NCBI GenBank assembly: GCA_026705295.1
Contig: JAPPBA010000146.1
Location: 10,776-74,775 of the forward strand
Reading direction: 5' to 3'
Length of the DNA stretch: 64,000 nucleotides
Origin: Candidatus Palauibacter australiensis
GTDB lineage: Bacteria > Gemmatimonadota > Gemmatimonadetes > Palauibacterales > Palauibacteraceae
Shown here: piece by piece, positions 1 to 9,883 of the stretch
Position numbering within the stretch: position 1 is the first letter of the stretch
How the letters are laid out: each line of letters opens with the position of its first letter
The notes under the pieces: model-generated
The model's input: the letters and a program-made list of their open reading frames with translations, nothing else
The model's database searches: none
What the model was told of the DNA's origin: nothing
Made by a program: the position numbers and the translations under genes

Positions 1-903
1 GCGGTAGTCGTCGGTCGCGAGGTGAAGGATCGACTTGTCGGTGCGTTCGCTCAACCAGATGACGGCCGCGGTCTCGCGCTCCGCCGTCCACTCGACATCG
101 CCCACGAGCCACGGCGTGCGGACGCGGGTGAGATCGGAAGCGGCGGCCGGATCAAGATAAACCGTCGCGGCGGCGTGTTGCTGGAGAAAGGTCGCGGCGA
201 CGTCCGCGTGGATCTCCCCTTCGACGGCTCGACGCACGATCCCCGCCTTGTGTTCTCCCGTGGCGAGCAGCACGACCTCCCGCGCTTCGAGAATCGTGGC
301 CACGCCCATGGTGATCGCCTGTGGCGGCACGTTCTCCTCGCCGAAGAAATCCGACGCGGCATCGCCGCGGGTGACGGTGTCCAGGTAAAGCCGCCGGGTC
401 CGCGAGTCGCGCTCCGACCCCGGTTCGTTGAAGCCGATGTGACCGCTGCGCCCGATCCCGAGGATCTGGAAGTCGATCCCGCCCGCCTTCCGGATGCGGC
501 GTTCGTACTCGACGCAGTGCGCCTCGACCTCCGCTTCCGGCACATCACCGCGGGGGATGTGACAGTGCTCCGGAGCGATGTTCACGTGGTCGAACAGGTG
601 CTCCCGCATGTAGCGGTGATAGCTGTGGAGGCTGCCCGGCCGCATCGGGAAGTACTCATCGAGGTTGAAGGCGACCGCATTGGAGAAGTCGAGTCCTTCG
701 TGCCGATGCAGGCGGATGAGTTCCCGATAGACGCCGACGGGCGTGGCGCCGGTCGCGAGGCCGAGAACGGCAGGGCGCCCGTTCTCGGCCCTCCCACGCA
801 GGAGCGCCGCGATCCGGCCGGCGACCTCGGCGGCGATGCTGTCGTGGTCCGGCATGACCCGGACGGGCACGCGCTCTCTGCGCGCGTGCGCGGCGGCGCT
901 CAT
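1..903 (-). CDS. nagB: glucosamine-6-phosphate deaminase, long form (first 301 codons; C-terminus runs off the left edge)
   Basis: Hand translation of the minus strand from the ATG at 903 gives MSAAAHARRERVPVRVMPDHDSIAAEVAGRIAALL..LGLATGATPVGVYRELIRLH..FNLDEYFPM..GIGRSGHIGFNEPGS..TPWLVGDVEWT. It is absent from the ORF track because it has no stop inside the window. The track ORF 22..951(+) is its antisense shadow. Confidence 0.85.
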   Translation of the reverse strand, partial: MSAAAHARRERVPVRVMPDHDSIAAEVAGRIAALLRGRAENGRPAVLGLATGATPVGVYRELIRLHRHEGLDFSNAVAFNLDEYFPMRPGSLHSYHRYMREHLFDHVNIAPEHCHIPRGDVPEAEVEAHCVEYERRIRKAGGIDFQILGIGRSGHIGFNEPGSERDSRTRRLYLDTVTRGDAASDFFGEENVPPQAITMGVATILEAREVVLLATGEHKAGIVRRAVEGEIHADVAATFLQQHAAATVYLDPAAASDLTRVRTPWLVGDVEWTAERETAAVIWLSERTDKSILHLATDDYR

Positions 904-947
904 CCGATCAGCCGCCGGCCGCGGCGTCTCCACGCGACACCGCGACA

Positions 948-3785
948 CTAGGGGACCTTCTGCTCCGGGAGCAGCACGAACCGGGCGTACTGGTCTGTGC
1001 GGAGGTAACGGACGGCGGCCTCCCGCACCTGCTCCGCGGTCCAGCTTTCGATCCCCTCGAAGCTCGGGATCTCGTTCAGATCCCAGCCTCCGCGCTCGAA
1101 ACTCGCCAACTGGTTCAGCCAGTACCGGTTCTCGCGCAGGCTCGTCTCCAGCCCCCGCCGCTGCGTCTCGCGGACCTTCCCCACGGTCTCCGCGTCCGGC
1201 CCCTCGGTCCTGAGCCGCTCGATCTCCTCAAAGACCACGGAGGAGAGTTCCTCGGCGCGCTCGGGAGCGGACCCGAACCCGATGGTCACGCTGTATTCCT
1301 CGTCGGGCCGGTACGTGAGCCGGCCGTTCACGCCCACGCTGTAGGTCCCGCCCAGGTCTTCGCGCAGCAACTCACGCAGCCGGATCTGGAGAACCTCCGC
1401 CATGGCGTAGATGGCACCCGCCTCTTCGCGCGAGTACTGGGCGTCTCCGGCGAAGATGATCTGCGTGCGGCTCTGCGGCTCCAGCCCCTTGTACACAACC
1501 GTCTCGATCACGCCCGCGGGCGGGTCGATGCCGTGATCCACCCAGTTCTCCACCCGCCCCAGATTGGGGAGCGCACCGAGATACCGCTCCACGAGGGGAC
1601 GCATCATCGCGAGGTCGAAGGCGCCCGTGAAGTAGAAGGTGAAGTCGCTGGCGTCCGCGAAGCGCTCCCGGAAGATCTCGTAGCCCGCGTCGAGGTCGGC
1701 CTGCAGGAGGTCATCCATGAGCTGGCTCACCCGCTGGACCCGCGGATGTCCCTGGGACATGATGGCCGAAACGGTGTCGGAAAACACGAAGTTGGGATTA
1801 GCCCCGACGTTCGCGAGCACTGCCGTCTGCTGTGCCTTGAGCGCCTCGAACATCGTCTCATCCCTGCGGGGCGCCGAGAAGTACAAGTAGATGAGTTGAA
1901 ACGCCGTCTCGACATCCTGCGGGGACGACGACCCTCCGATCCCTTCCGAAAGCGACCCCAGCAACGGCGAGACCCGAACGGCCTTGCCGGTGAGCTTCTT
2001 CCCAAGTTCGGTCTGATCGAACTCCCCGACTCCCGATTGGGCGATGACGTTGAGGGCGAACGACGTCTTCCGCATCAGATCGTCGGGAAGCAGCGATGTG
2101 CCCCCGGGGCTCGTCGCGGAGAAGAGAATCTCGTCGTCCTTGAAGTCGGTGGGCTTGAGGACGACGCGCACGCCGTTCTCCAGAGTCCAGATGGAGACGC
2201 CCACCTCGTCGAGCGTCTCCTCGGCCACGACCGGCGCGCCCTCGGGGACGACGGGAAGGAGAGGAGCATCGGCCGCCGCGTCCTCGTACGCTTCGATCTC
2301 CGCGCCCGACACCGACGCGAAGACGCCGACCAGGTCCGCCTCCGCAGGGGTCTCGAGACCTTCCTTCTCGGGCGCGTTGACCAGGATGATGCGCCCTTCC
2401 TCCGCCAGCCACGCCTGGGCGACGGCGTTGGTCTCGGCGAGCGTGACCCCGGGCAGCAGGGCGTCCACGAGCGCCATCTGCGTCTCGATCGAAGGGTACG
2501 GACTTCCCTGAAGGAACGCCTGCAGGTAGCGGTTCGCGAGCACGATCGACTCCTGGTTCTCTCGCTCCGCGAGCCGCCGCTCATAGGCACGTCTCAGGTC
2601 CGTCTTCTGCCGCTCCAGTTCCGTCTCCGTGAAGCCGTGCCGCACGACGCGCTCCGCCTCCGTGAGCAGCGCCTCGAGGCCGCGCTCGATTCCGCCATCC
2701 CCGACCAGCGCCACGAGCTGGTAGGCGTCGACCCCCCGCGCGAACTGGCCCTGCCCCGTGAACCCGACCAGGAACGGCGCGTCGGCCTGCAGCCGGAGTT
2801 CATCGAGGCGGGCGTTCAGCATGCCCGAGTACAGGCCTTCGACGAGGCCGCGGCGAAAGTCGGCGACGGTGCCGCGCGGGGCCGGCGGCTGCTTGTACAG
2901 CACGCCGACCTGGCTCTGCATGGCTTCCGTGTCCGTCGCGATTGCGACGCGGGGCGGGTGGTCGACGGGGATGTCGGCGTAGACCCGCGGACGGGGCTCC
3001 TCGGGCGAGGTCAGCCCGGCGAACTGCTCCCGGATCGTCGACTCGATCTCCCGACCATCGAAGTCGCCGACGGCGATGATCGCCATCAGGTCCGGCCGGT
3101 ACCAGTCCTCGTAGAAGCTGCGCAGCCGCTCGACGGGCGCGGTCTCCAGAATCTCCGTCTTCCCGATCGGGAGACGCTCCGCGTAGAGCGACCCCTCGAA
3201 CATGACCGGGAACTGCTGGTCCTGCATCCGCGCCTGGGCGCCTCGCCGCCCGCGCCATTCCTCGATCACGACGCCGCGCTCCTTGTCGACCTCCTCCGGG
3301 TCGAAGCGCACGCCCTGGGCCCAGTCCTCGAGGATCCGGAACGCGGTGGCCAGCACCTCCGGGTCGTCCATCGGCACCTGGAGCATGTAGACCGTCTCAT
3401 CGAAGCTCGTATACGCGTTGACGTCGGGGCCGAACTGCATCCCGATCGACTCCAGATAGTCGACGAGCGCCTGCTTCTCGAAGTTTTCCGTGCCGTTGAA
3501 CGCCATGTGCTCGACGAAATGCGCCAGCCCGAGCTGGTCCTCGTCCTCGAGGATGGAGCCCGCGTTCACGACGAGGCGCAGCTCCGCCCGGTTCTCCGGC
3601 TGGTCGTTCTCGCGCACGAAGTAGCGCAGGCCGTTGTCCAGGGTCCCGGTGATGACCGCCGGGTCCGGCGGAATCGGATCCGTCGGGGCCGGGGTCTGGC
3701 CGGCCGCTCCGGACGCGGAGAGGGAGGAGCAAAGGACGATGGCGGTCGAAACGAAGGCGACGCCGGACAAGTGGGACATCCTCAT
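948..3785 (-). CDS. M16 (pitrilysin/insulinase) family zinc peptidase, secreted, about 945 aa two-half enzyme
   Basis: HxxEH zinc motif (HFVEHMAFNGT). A signal peptide follows the internal Met (MRMSHLSGVAFVSTAIVLCSSLSASGAAGQ), so I place the start at 3785 rather than the ORF-track 3872. Confidence 0.85.
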   Translation of the reverse strand: MRMSHLSGVAFVSTAIVLCSSLSASGAAGQTPAPTDPIPPDPAVITGTLDNGLRYFVRENDQPENRAELRLVVNAGSILEDEDQLGLAHFVEHMAFNGTENFEKQALVDYLESIGMQFGPDVNAYTSFDETVYMLQVPMDDPEVLATAFRILEDWAQGVRFDPEEVDKERGVVIEEWRGRRGAQARMQDQQFPVMFEGSLYAERLPIGKTEILETAPVERLRSFYEDWYRPDLMAIIAVGDFDGREIESTIREQFAGLTSPEEPRPRVYADIPVDHPPRVAIATDTEAMQSQVGVLYKQPPAPRGTVADFRRGLVEGLYSGMLNARLDELRLQADAPFLVGFTGQGQFARGVDAYQLVALVGDGGIERGLEALLTEAERVVRHGFTETELERQKTDLRRAYERRLAERENQESIVLANRYLQAFLQGSPYPSIETQMALVDALLPGVTLAETNAVAQAWLAEEGRIILVNAPEKEGLETPAEADLVGVFASVSGAEIEAYEDAAADAPLLPVVPEGAPVVAEETLDEVGVSIWTLENGVRVVLKPTDFKDDEILFSATSPGGTSLLPDDLMRKTSFALNVIAQSGVGEFDQTELGKKLTGKAVRVSPLLGSLSEGIGGSSSPQDVETAFQLIYLYFSAPRRDETMFEALKAQQTAVLANVGANPNFVFSDTVSAIMSQGHPRVQRVSQLMDDLLQADLDAGYEIFRERFADASDFTFYFTGAFDLAMMRPLVERYLGALPNLGRVENWVDHGIDPPAGVIETVVYKGLEPQSRTQIIFAGDAQYSREEAGAIYAMAEVLQIRLRELLREDLGGTYSVGVNGRLTYRPDEEYSVTIGFGSAPERAEELSSVVFEEIERLRTEGPDAETVGKVRETQRRGLETSLRENRYWLNQLASFERGGWDLNEIPSFEGIESWTAEQVREAAVRYLRTDQYARFVLLPEQKVP

Positions 3786-3852
3786 CGACAACTCTCGGCA
3801 GAGGGAGCGGACTCCAGTGTGGAAGCCGCCAAGATAGCCGACCTTCCCCGGC

Positions 3853-3878
3853 GACGCATATAGTAGACGCATATAGTA
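3853..3878. repeat. perfect 13-bp tandem direct repeat (gacgcatatagta x2) in a divergent promoter region
   Basis: Read directly: gcGACGCATATAGTAGACGCATATAGTAcgg. It is locally AT-rich in GC-rich DNA, and each unit carries a TATAGT -10-like hexamer. It lies between the M16 start (3785, minus) and the DUF1460 start (3920, plus). Confidence 0.6.
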
Positions 3879-3919
3879 CGGAAAGGGGAGGAACGCGTGG
3901 TCCTGAACCTCGGTTCGAC

Positions 3920-4909
3920 ATGAGATGGCGCAGCGTCTTCACGCTGGCGAAGGTCGTCGCCTGTATCCTTGCGACCGTCGCCGTCATCGCGGCGCTCGCC
4001 TGGTCGCAGGCCCAGCCCTCCACCTCGACCGTGGTTGACGAGACGACGGGCGTCGGCACGGCATCGTCCGCACCTGCGGGCAGATCCGCCTGGGCTCCGG
4101 AGGATTGGGCGATCTTCGAGGAGAAAGTGCGCTTGGCCGCGGAGCGCGGGCTCGCGGAGATGGACCTGGGCGACGCCATCGTGCAGCTGGCCGAGACCTT
4201 CGTCGGGACGACGTACGAGCCCGGCACGCTCGAGGTCTCCGGACCCGAGCGCCTCGTCATCAACTTCCGCGAACTCGACTGCGTGACCCTCGTCGAGACC
4301 GTCCTCGCCCTGACGCGGTTCGTCCGGGAGCAGGGCGTCGAGGCCCTTGCGGACCCCCCCGGCGCGCAGGCCGGCTACGAAGCCCATCTGACGGCGCTCC
4401 GATACCGCGGGGGCCGGCTCGACGGATACCCGAGCCGTCTCCACTACTTCTCGGAGTGGCTCGCGGACAACGAAGCCCGGGGGATCGTGCGCATCACGAC
4501 CGGGGAACTGGATCCCGCCCTCGATCCGGAGCCGGTGAACTTCATGTCCCGGCACCCGGAAGCGTATCGGCAACTCGCCGAGCCCGGCGTGCTCCGGGAC
4601 ATCGCGGCCACGGAGGCGCGGCTCGACGAAGGACCCGGCCGGGAATACGTGCCGCAGGACCGGATCGCGCGGGTGGCGGGCCGGATCCGCAACGGCGACG
4701 TGATCGCGGCTACGTCGACCGTCGAGGGGCTGGACGTCGCCCACACCGGATTCGCCGTGTGGCGCGACGGGGCGCTTCACCTCCTCCACGCCCCCCTGGT
4801 CGGCAGGTCCGTGGAAATCTCGGAACGTCCGCTCGCGGAGCGGATCCTCTCCATCGACTCGCAGGACGGGATCATGGTCGCGCGCCCCGCCGAACCCCCG
4901 CGCGAGTAG
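3920..4909 (+). CDS. DUF1460-type (N-acetylmuramoyl-L-alanine amidase-like) exported protein
   Basis: N-terminal TM/signal segment, then LGDAIVQLAETFVGTTYEPGTLE..LVINFRELDCVTLVETVLALTRF, which I recognise as the DUF1460 signature region. Confidence 0.65.
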   Translation: MRWRSVFTLAKVVACILATVAVIAALAWSQAQPSTSTVVDETTGVGTASSAPAGRSAWAPEDWAIFEEKVRLAAERGLAEMDLGDAIVQLAETFVGTTYEPGTLEVSGPERLVINFRELDCVTLVETVLALTRFVREQGVEALADPPGAQAGYEAHLTALRYRGGRLDGYPSRLHYFSEWLADNEARGIVRITTGELDPALDPEPVNFMSRHPEAYRQLAEPGVLRDIAATEARLDEGPGREYVPQDRIARVAGRIRNGDVIAATSTVEGLDVAHTGFAVWRDGALHLLHAPLVGRSVEISERPLAERILSIDSQDGIMVARPAEPPRE

Positions 4910-4949
4910 CCCGCGCGGCCCCGCCGTCATGGCCGGGGCCGCGCTCTTG

Positions 4950-7900
4950 CTAGTTGATCGTGTAGGTCATCCCGGCCTTGATGCGCCGTCCCTTCGGGTC
5001 GTGCGTGAGGCCGTCGTACGATCCCTCCTGATTGACGAGCGGCGGTGCCGAATCGAACAGGTTGAAGCCCGTCACGAAGGCATCGATGCTGTCCGTCAGC
5101 CTCATCATCAGCGTCGCATCGAAGGTGCCGAAGGCGTCGACGACGCGGTGCGCGTACGTCGGATCCCCCGCGTTGAGGTCGTCCTCGTAGGAGGAGATGT
5201 AGTTGATGTTCGCGATGGCCGAGTACCGCTCGCGATGGTATCCGACCGATGCCGACCACTTCCACTGCGGCAGCGGCCAGGCGAGCGGATTGAAGCGGTT
5301 GAGCTTGCCGGCGCCCTCCGTCGCGCCCACCAGTTCCACATTGTTGAGCTGGAGCGCCTTGATGTCGTAGGTGCGCGTGTAGGTGCCGTCGATGCCGACG
5401 GAAAGCTCGCCGTTGCCGAGCGTGCGGCGGGTGTACAGGCTCCAGTCGAAGCCCGAGGTCTGCATGCCCGGCCAGTTGATCAGGTCGATGCGGATGCGCT
5501 CGATGAGGGCCGAGTCGCATGTCCCCGTGTTCCACCCGTCCGGGCACTTGACGAACTCCTGCACGGCGGCCCGGCTCGCCCCGCCCTCGTGATAGAGGCG
5601 CGTGATGCTCGAGTGGGGAATCACGTTGATCACGTCCCTGAAGTCGTACGTCCAGTAGTCGAACGTCGCCTGCAGGCGGCTCGGGAAGTGGAAGAAGATG
5701 AGCCCGGCGTTACCGGTCAGGGCCCGTTCCGGCGCAAGGTCGGTGTTTCCGAACGTGTCCACCGCCTTGTAGACGTCGACTTCCTGCACGTACTCGAGCG
5801 CCGTGATCTGATCCGTGTTCACGTCGTCCACCGACGGCACGCGGAAGGTGGACTGAAGCGACCCACGCAGGGACAGTTGGTGGTCGGCCGATTCGCTCAG
5901 TTTCAGCCGAAGCGACAGCTTCGGGTCGAAGCTGCTCGCGACATCGTGGAATTCGTAGTTCGCGGCCACCTGCACATCGAGCCGGTCCCCGAAGCTGAGC
6001 GGGATCTCGCCGTAGATGCGGTGCACGGTCTGCCCGTCTTCATAGGGGAAAAACCCGGTCGTGAAGGTGAACGGCCCCGCCTGCTCGAGGCAGGTCCGGT
6101 CCCCGGGCACCTGGCAGGGGTTGATCGCCTGGTTGCCGGGATCGTTCGGGCTCCCCGTCACGTCGAAACGGCGGAACTGGTATCCGAGCGCGTAACCGAG
6201 CGCCTCCGTGAACTGACCCGTGAACGTGGCCTCCGCGACGAACAGGTCGGCGGTGTTGAAGAGATCGACTTCCTCGTTGATCCAGTCGATGAGTTCGGCG
6301 GAGTTGGCCCCGCCGGCCACGTAGCCCGGGTTGTCGGTGCCGGTGTAACGCGTCCCCGGCTGCTCGGCGCGCTGGATCGCGTTACTGAACGGGTTGTAGA
6401 ACATGCAGTCGCCCTGCCCGGCCACGGCGCCGCCCGTGGGGCCGAGCGACATGCCGGAGGGCGATGTCGGGTCCACGACGACGTCGACGCCGCAGTTCGG
6501 GCCCCCGAAACCTCGGAAGGCGAGGTGTTTTCGGTAGGCGTACTCGGCGGGCTGGTTCACGTTGCCCGTCGCCCGCGAGTAGCTGACCGAGATGTCGAGA
6601 TGGCCGTCGGTCGCCTCGAAGTACCGGTCCAGCGAGGCCGCGATCCTCTGGGTGCGGGACGATCGGTGCAGCGTGCGTCCGGGGCCGCTGTTCCCCACCA
6701 GTCGGCCGTAGAAGTACCAGTCGTTTTCAAGGCAGTCGGCGGCCGAAGCGAATCCGGCGTGGGCCGCATTGGCGGCGCAGAACGCCTGGCGGCCCGGGTT
6801 CGCCGACGGCACGATCTGGTTACCGTCGTACAGCGAAATCGGAGGGAACGAGGGCGTCGTGCGCCAGTTGGGGATCGTGGCCTCGGCCCACAGGCCCTCG
6901 AGATGAAGCGTTGTGCCCGTGCCCAGTTCGGTATTGAGTTCGCCGAAGGCCCGCACGTGGGTCTGGGCATCGACCAGGTTGTCGTACGGCTGGTAGCGGA
7001 AGCGGCAGGTGACGCCTTCGTCCACGCCGCCGAAGTTCTCGCACTCCGGGTCGACGAACAGGCTCGGGTTGGCGCCGAACTGCGAATTGATGAGCGTGCT
7101 CACGAACTCGCCGGGAGTCTCGTTCCCGGTCAAGCTCGGCATGAGGAAGGCGCCCGGGTTCCCGTAGTAGGACCAGCCGCCCCCGCCGGGTCCCGGGTAG
7201 GGCCGCAGCCCCCAGTCACGCTCCTGCGGCATGAGTTCCCGCCGCGCCGCCCACTCGGCGGAGAGGACCACGTTGGTGGATCCGCCCAGATTGCCACCCC
7301 AGATCGCGGCTGCGTTCGAGTCTCCGGCCCCGCTGAAGTAATCGTGCGCCGCGGTGACCTCGAACCCTTCGAAGTCCCGCCGCGTGACGAAGTTCGCCAC
7401 GCCGGCCACCGCGTCGGAGCCGTAGATCGCGGAGGCTCCCTCCTTCAGCACTTCGATGCGGTCCAGCGCGATTGACGGGAAGGCGTTCACATCCACGAAC
7501 CGCCCGCCAGGCAGCCGCGACGGTGTGTACACCTGCCTCCGTCCGTTCAGCAGCACCAGCGTTCGCGAAGCCCCGAGGCCCCGCAGGTTGACGCTGGCCA
7601 CGCTCTCGGGAATGAGCGCCCCGCTGCGGTTATACCAGCTGTTGCGTTCCCCGAGGGAACCGTGGTTCGCCCCGAGCCGCTTGAAGAAATCGACCACCAG
7701 CGGCGAGCCCTCTTCCTGCAGCGTTTCGCGGCTCGTGACATCGACCGCATACGGAAGGTTGATGGGGGGCGCCTCGAAGTTCGTGCCCGTCACCACCGCC
7801 GTCAGTTCCGCGAGCGTTACGGTCCGCAGGGAGACGAGTTCCACGTCGACCACGATCCGTTCACCCGCCGTCACCTCGACGCCCGTCCGCGTCTCGATCG

Positions 7901-8189
7901 TGAAACCGGGATAGACGAACCGCAGCGAATAGCTCCCCGCCGGGAGTCCCGTCACGGCGTAGACCCCCTCCTCGGAGCTGAGCGCCGTGCGCGTCTCGCC
8001 GCCGAGCGCCGGTCCGGTCGCCGTCACGCTCACGGTGGGCAGGGCGAGGCCGTTCTCGTCGGTAACGGTCCCGCCGATGGCTCCTTCCTGCGCGGCCGCG
8101 GCTGACGGCCACGCGATCGCGAGCGCCGCGACGGCGCTCGTTCCGAGTGTTCTGAACATGGACTTGCCCTTGGCTATTGGTTCGATCAT
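4950..8189 (-). CDS. TonB-dependent receptor with N-terminal carboxypeptidase-regulatory-like domain
   Basis: Signal peptide ..AIAWPSAAAAQEG. CarboxypepD_reg-like segment (GGTVTDENGLALPTVSVTATG..YSLRFVYPGF). Plug motif LDRIEVLKEGASAIYGSDAVAGVANFVTRR. A long beta-barrel follows. The ATG at 8189 overlaps the amidase stop (ATGA at 8186-8189). An alternative ATG lies at 8159. Confidence 0.85.
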   Translation of the reverse strand: MIEPIAKGKSMFRTLGTSAVAALAIAWPSAAAAQEGAIGGTVTDENGLALPTVSVTATGPALGGETRTALSSEEGVYAVTGLPAGSYSLRFVYPGFTIETRTGVEVTAGERIVVDVELVSLRTVTLAELTAVVTGTNFEAPPINLPYAVDVTSRETLQEEGSPLVVDFFKRLGANHGSLGERNSWYNRSGALIPESVASVNLRGLGASRTLVLLNGRRQVYTPSRLPGGRFVDVNAFPSIALDRIEVLKEGASAIYGSDAVAGVANFVTRRDFEGFEVTAAHDYFSGAGDSNAAAIWGGNLGGSTNVVLSAEWAARRELMPQERDWGLRPYPGPGGGGWSYYGNPGAFLMPSLTGNETPGEFVSTLINSQFGANPSLFVDPECENFGGVDEGVTCRFRYQPYDNLVDAQTHVRAFGELNTELGTGTTLHLEGLWAEATIPNWRTTPSFPPISLYDGNQIVPSANPGRQAFCAANAAHAGFASAADCLENDWYFYGRLVGNSGPGRTLHRSSRTQRIAASLDRYFEATDGHLDISVSYSRATGNVNQPAEYAYRKHLAFRGFGGPNCGVDVVVDPTSPSGMSLGPTGGAVAGQGDCMFYNPFSNAIQRAEQPGTRYTGTDNPGYVAGGANSAELIDWINEEVDLFNTADLFVAEATFTGQFTEALGYALGYQFRRFDVTGSPNDPGNQAINPCQVPGDRTCLEQAGPFTFTTGFFPYEDGQTVHRIYGEIPLSFGDRLDVQVAANYEFHDVASSFDPKLSLRLKLSESADHQLSLRGSLQSTFRVPSVDDVNTDQITALEYVQEVDVYKAVDTFGNTDLAPERALTGNAGLIFFHFPSRLQATFDYWTYDFRDVINVIPHSSITRLYHEGGASRAAVQEFVKCPDGWNTGTCDSALIERIRIDLINWPGMQTSGFDWSLYTRRTLGNGELSVGIDGTYTRTYDIKALQLNNVELVGATEGAGKLNRFNPLAWPLPQWKWSASVGYHRERYSAIANINYISSYEDDLNAGDPTYAHRVVDAFGTFDATLMMRLTDSIDAFVTGFNLFDSAPPLVNQEGSYDGLTHDPKGRRIKAGMTYTIN

Positions 8190-9823
8190 CGGATCTCCGG
8201 GAAGCCGTCCGGGGGACGGCGGTGTCGTGTCGCCTGCTCGTATCCGTACGCGAGCCGAAAGAGACGCCCCTCGTCGTACGGGCGCGCGAGAATCTGAAGT
8301 CCCGCCGGGAGTCTATCGTACATGAACCCCATCGGGACCGTGATCGCCGGCATTCCGGTGGCGGGAGCCACGCGCTGGCTGTTGTCGCCGCAGTACTCCT
8401 CGTCCCCCCTGTCGATATGGGCGGGCACGCAGAGCCAGGAGGGATAAACTACCGCATCCAGGCCGCCGTCATCCATTGCCGCGACGAGGTTGGCCAGGTA
8501 GGCCTGCCGGCCGTCGTTCTCCGCGTAGTCCGGACAGGGTTCGTCCCAGTCGGACGGGTGTGCGTCGAGCGGCGCCCCCTCGTTCCGCCGCAGCGAAGCC
8601 TGCGCATAATCCGAGTACCGTCCGTCCTCCAATACCTCGAGGACGTCGGTCATTGGCGCCGCCGGGCCCAGCGATTGCAGGTAGACCCACATGTCATAGC
8701 GGAAGCGGCGGCAGAACATCCCCTCTCGTCCCAGCTCCGCGGCGACGTCGAAGTCGAAGGGGTCGATCACCTCCGCTCCGAGCGCCCGCAGATCGTCGAT
8801 GGCCGCGTCGAAGAGCGCGAGAATCTCCCCGTCGGTCTCCTCGGGATCCGCCAGCGCGCGCAGGACGCCGATCCTCGCCCCGCGCGCCCCGTCGGCGTCC
8901 AGGAAGGCCGTGTAGTCCTCTTCCTCGCGGCCACGCCCCGCTTCCGTGTACGGATCCGCGGGATCGTAGCCGGCCACGACGTTGAATACGCGTGCGACAT
9001 CCTCAACGGTCCGGCCCATCGGACCCGCGATATCGCGGTCAAAGGAGAGGGGGATGACCCCGTCGCGGCTCGTGAGGCCGATGGTCGAACGGATCCCGAC
9101 CAGGGCGAGGTGGGAGCTGGGTCCGCGGATCGAGTTGCCGGTGTCGCTCCCCAGCCCGATGACGCCGAACGATGCGGCGACGCCGGAGGCCGTTCCGCCG
9201 CTGGATCCGGCCGGGACGCGGTCGAGCGCGTAGGCGTTGCGCGTCGTGTCGAAGGAGGAACTGACGGACTGGCGCGGACTGAACGCCCATTCCGCCATGT
9301 TCGTCTTGGCGATCACGATCGCGCCGGCCTCGCGGATCTGCCGCACCATGAAGGCGTCGTCGGGCGGCAGGTTGTCCGCGAGGGCGATGGACCCTCCGGT
9401 CGTGACCATGTCGTGCGTGTCGAAGTTGTCCTTGACCAGCATCGGGACGCAGAACAGCGGTCCCGTCGTCTCGCCGGCGGCCAGCGCCGCGTCGAGCCGG
9501 TCCGCGCGCTCGAGAGCCAGCGGGTTGAGCACGGTGATCGCATTGATCGCGTCCTCGTACGCCGCGATCCGGGCGAGATGCCGCTCCACGACCTCGCGAC
9601 AGGTCGTCGTCCCATCGCGGATCGCCGCCTGCACATCGCCGATCATGGCTTCCACGACCGGGAAGGCCGCGGCGGACCCGGCATCCGGTCCGGGATTGCA
9701 CGCGGCCCCGGCTATCGCGAGCGTAGCGGAGAGCAACACCGGAATCGCGTGGCGCTTCCGGTGGAGGCCGTCGGTGATCCCGGGACGCCGGCGCATCCCG
9801 GGTGCGTTGCTCCTCGGTCGCAT
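8186..9823 (-). CDS. amidase-signature family amidase, lipoprotein
   Basis: GGSSGGTASGVAASF amidase signature and VPMLVKDNFDT (catalytic Lys region). Lipobox LAIAGAACN after the internal Met, so the start is placed at 9823 (alternative 9796). The ORF-track N-terminus to 10168 is antisense to the next gene. Confidence 0.85.
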   Translation of the reverse strand: MRPRSNAPGMRRRPGITDGLHRKRHAIPVLLSATLAIAGAACNPGPDAGSAAAFPVVEAMIGDVQAAIRDGTTTCREVVERHLARIAAYEDAINAITVLNPLALERADRLDAALAAGETTGPLFCVPMLVKDNFDTHDMVTTGGSIALADNLPPDDAFMVRQIREAGAIVIAKTNMAEWAFSPRQSVSSSFDTTRNAYALDRVPAGSSGGTASGVAASFGVIGLGSDTGNSIRGPSSHLALVGIRSTIGLTSRDGVIPLSFDRDIAGPMGRTVEDVARVFNVVAGYDPADPYTEAGRGREEEDYTAFLDADGARGARIGVLRALADPEETDGEILALFDAAIDDLRALGAEVIDPFDFDVAAELGREGMFCRRFRYDMWVYLQSLGPAAPMTDVLEVLEDGRYSDYAQASLRRNEGAPLDAHPSDWDEPCPDYAENDGRQAYLANLVAAMDDGGLDAVVYPSWLCVPAHIDRGDEEYCGDNSQRVAPATGMPAITVPMGFMYDRLPAGLQILARPYDEGRLFRLAYGYEQATRHRRPPDGFPEIR

Positions 9824-9883
9824 GCATCCAAACTTGCCAAACCGGGCCGATATGCCAAGCGCCATGACTGCGAGGTGTCGCCG

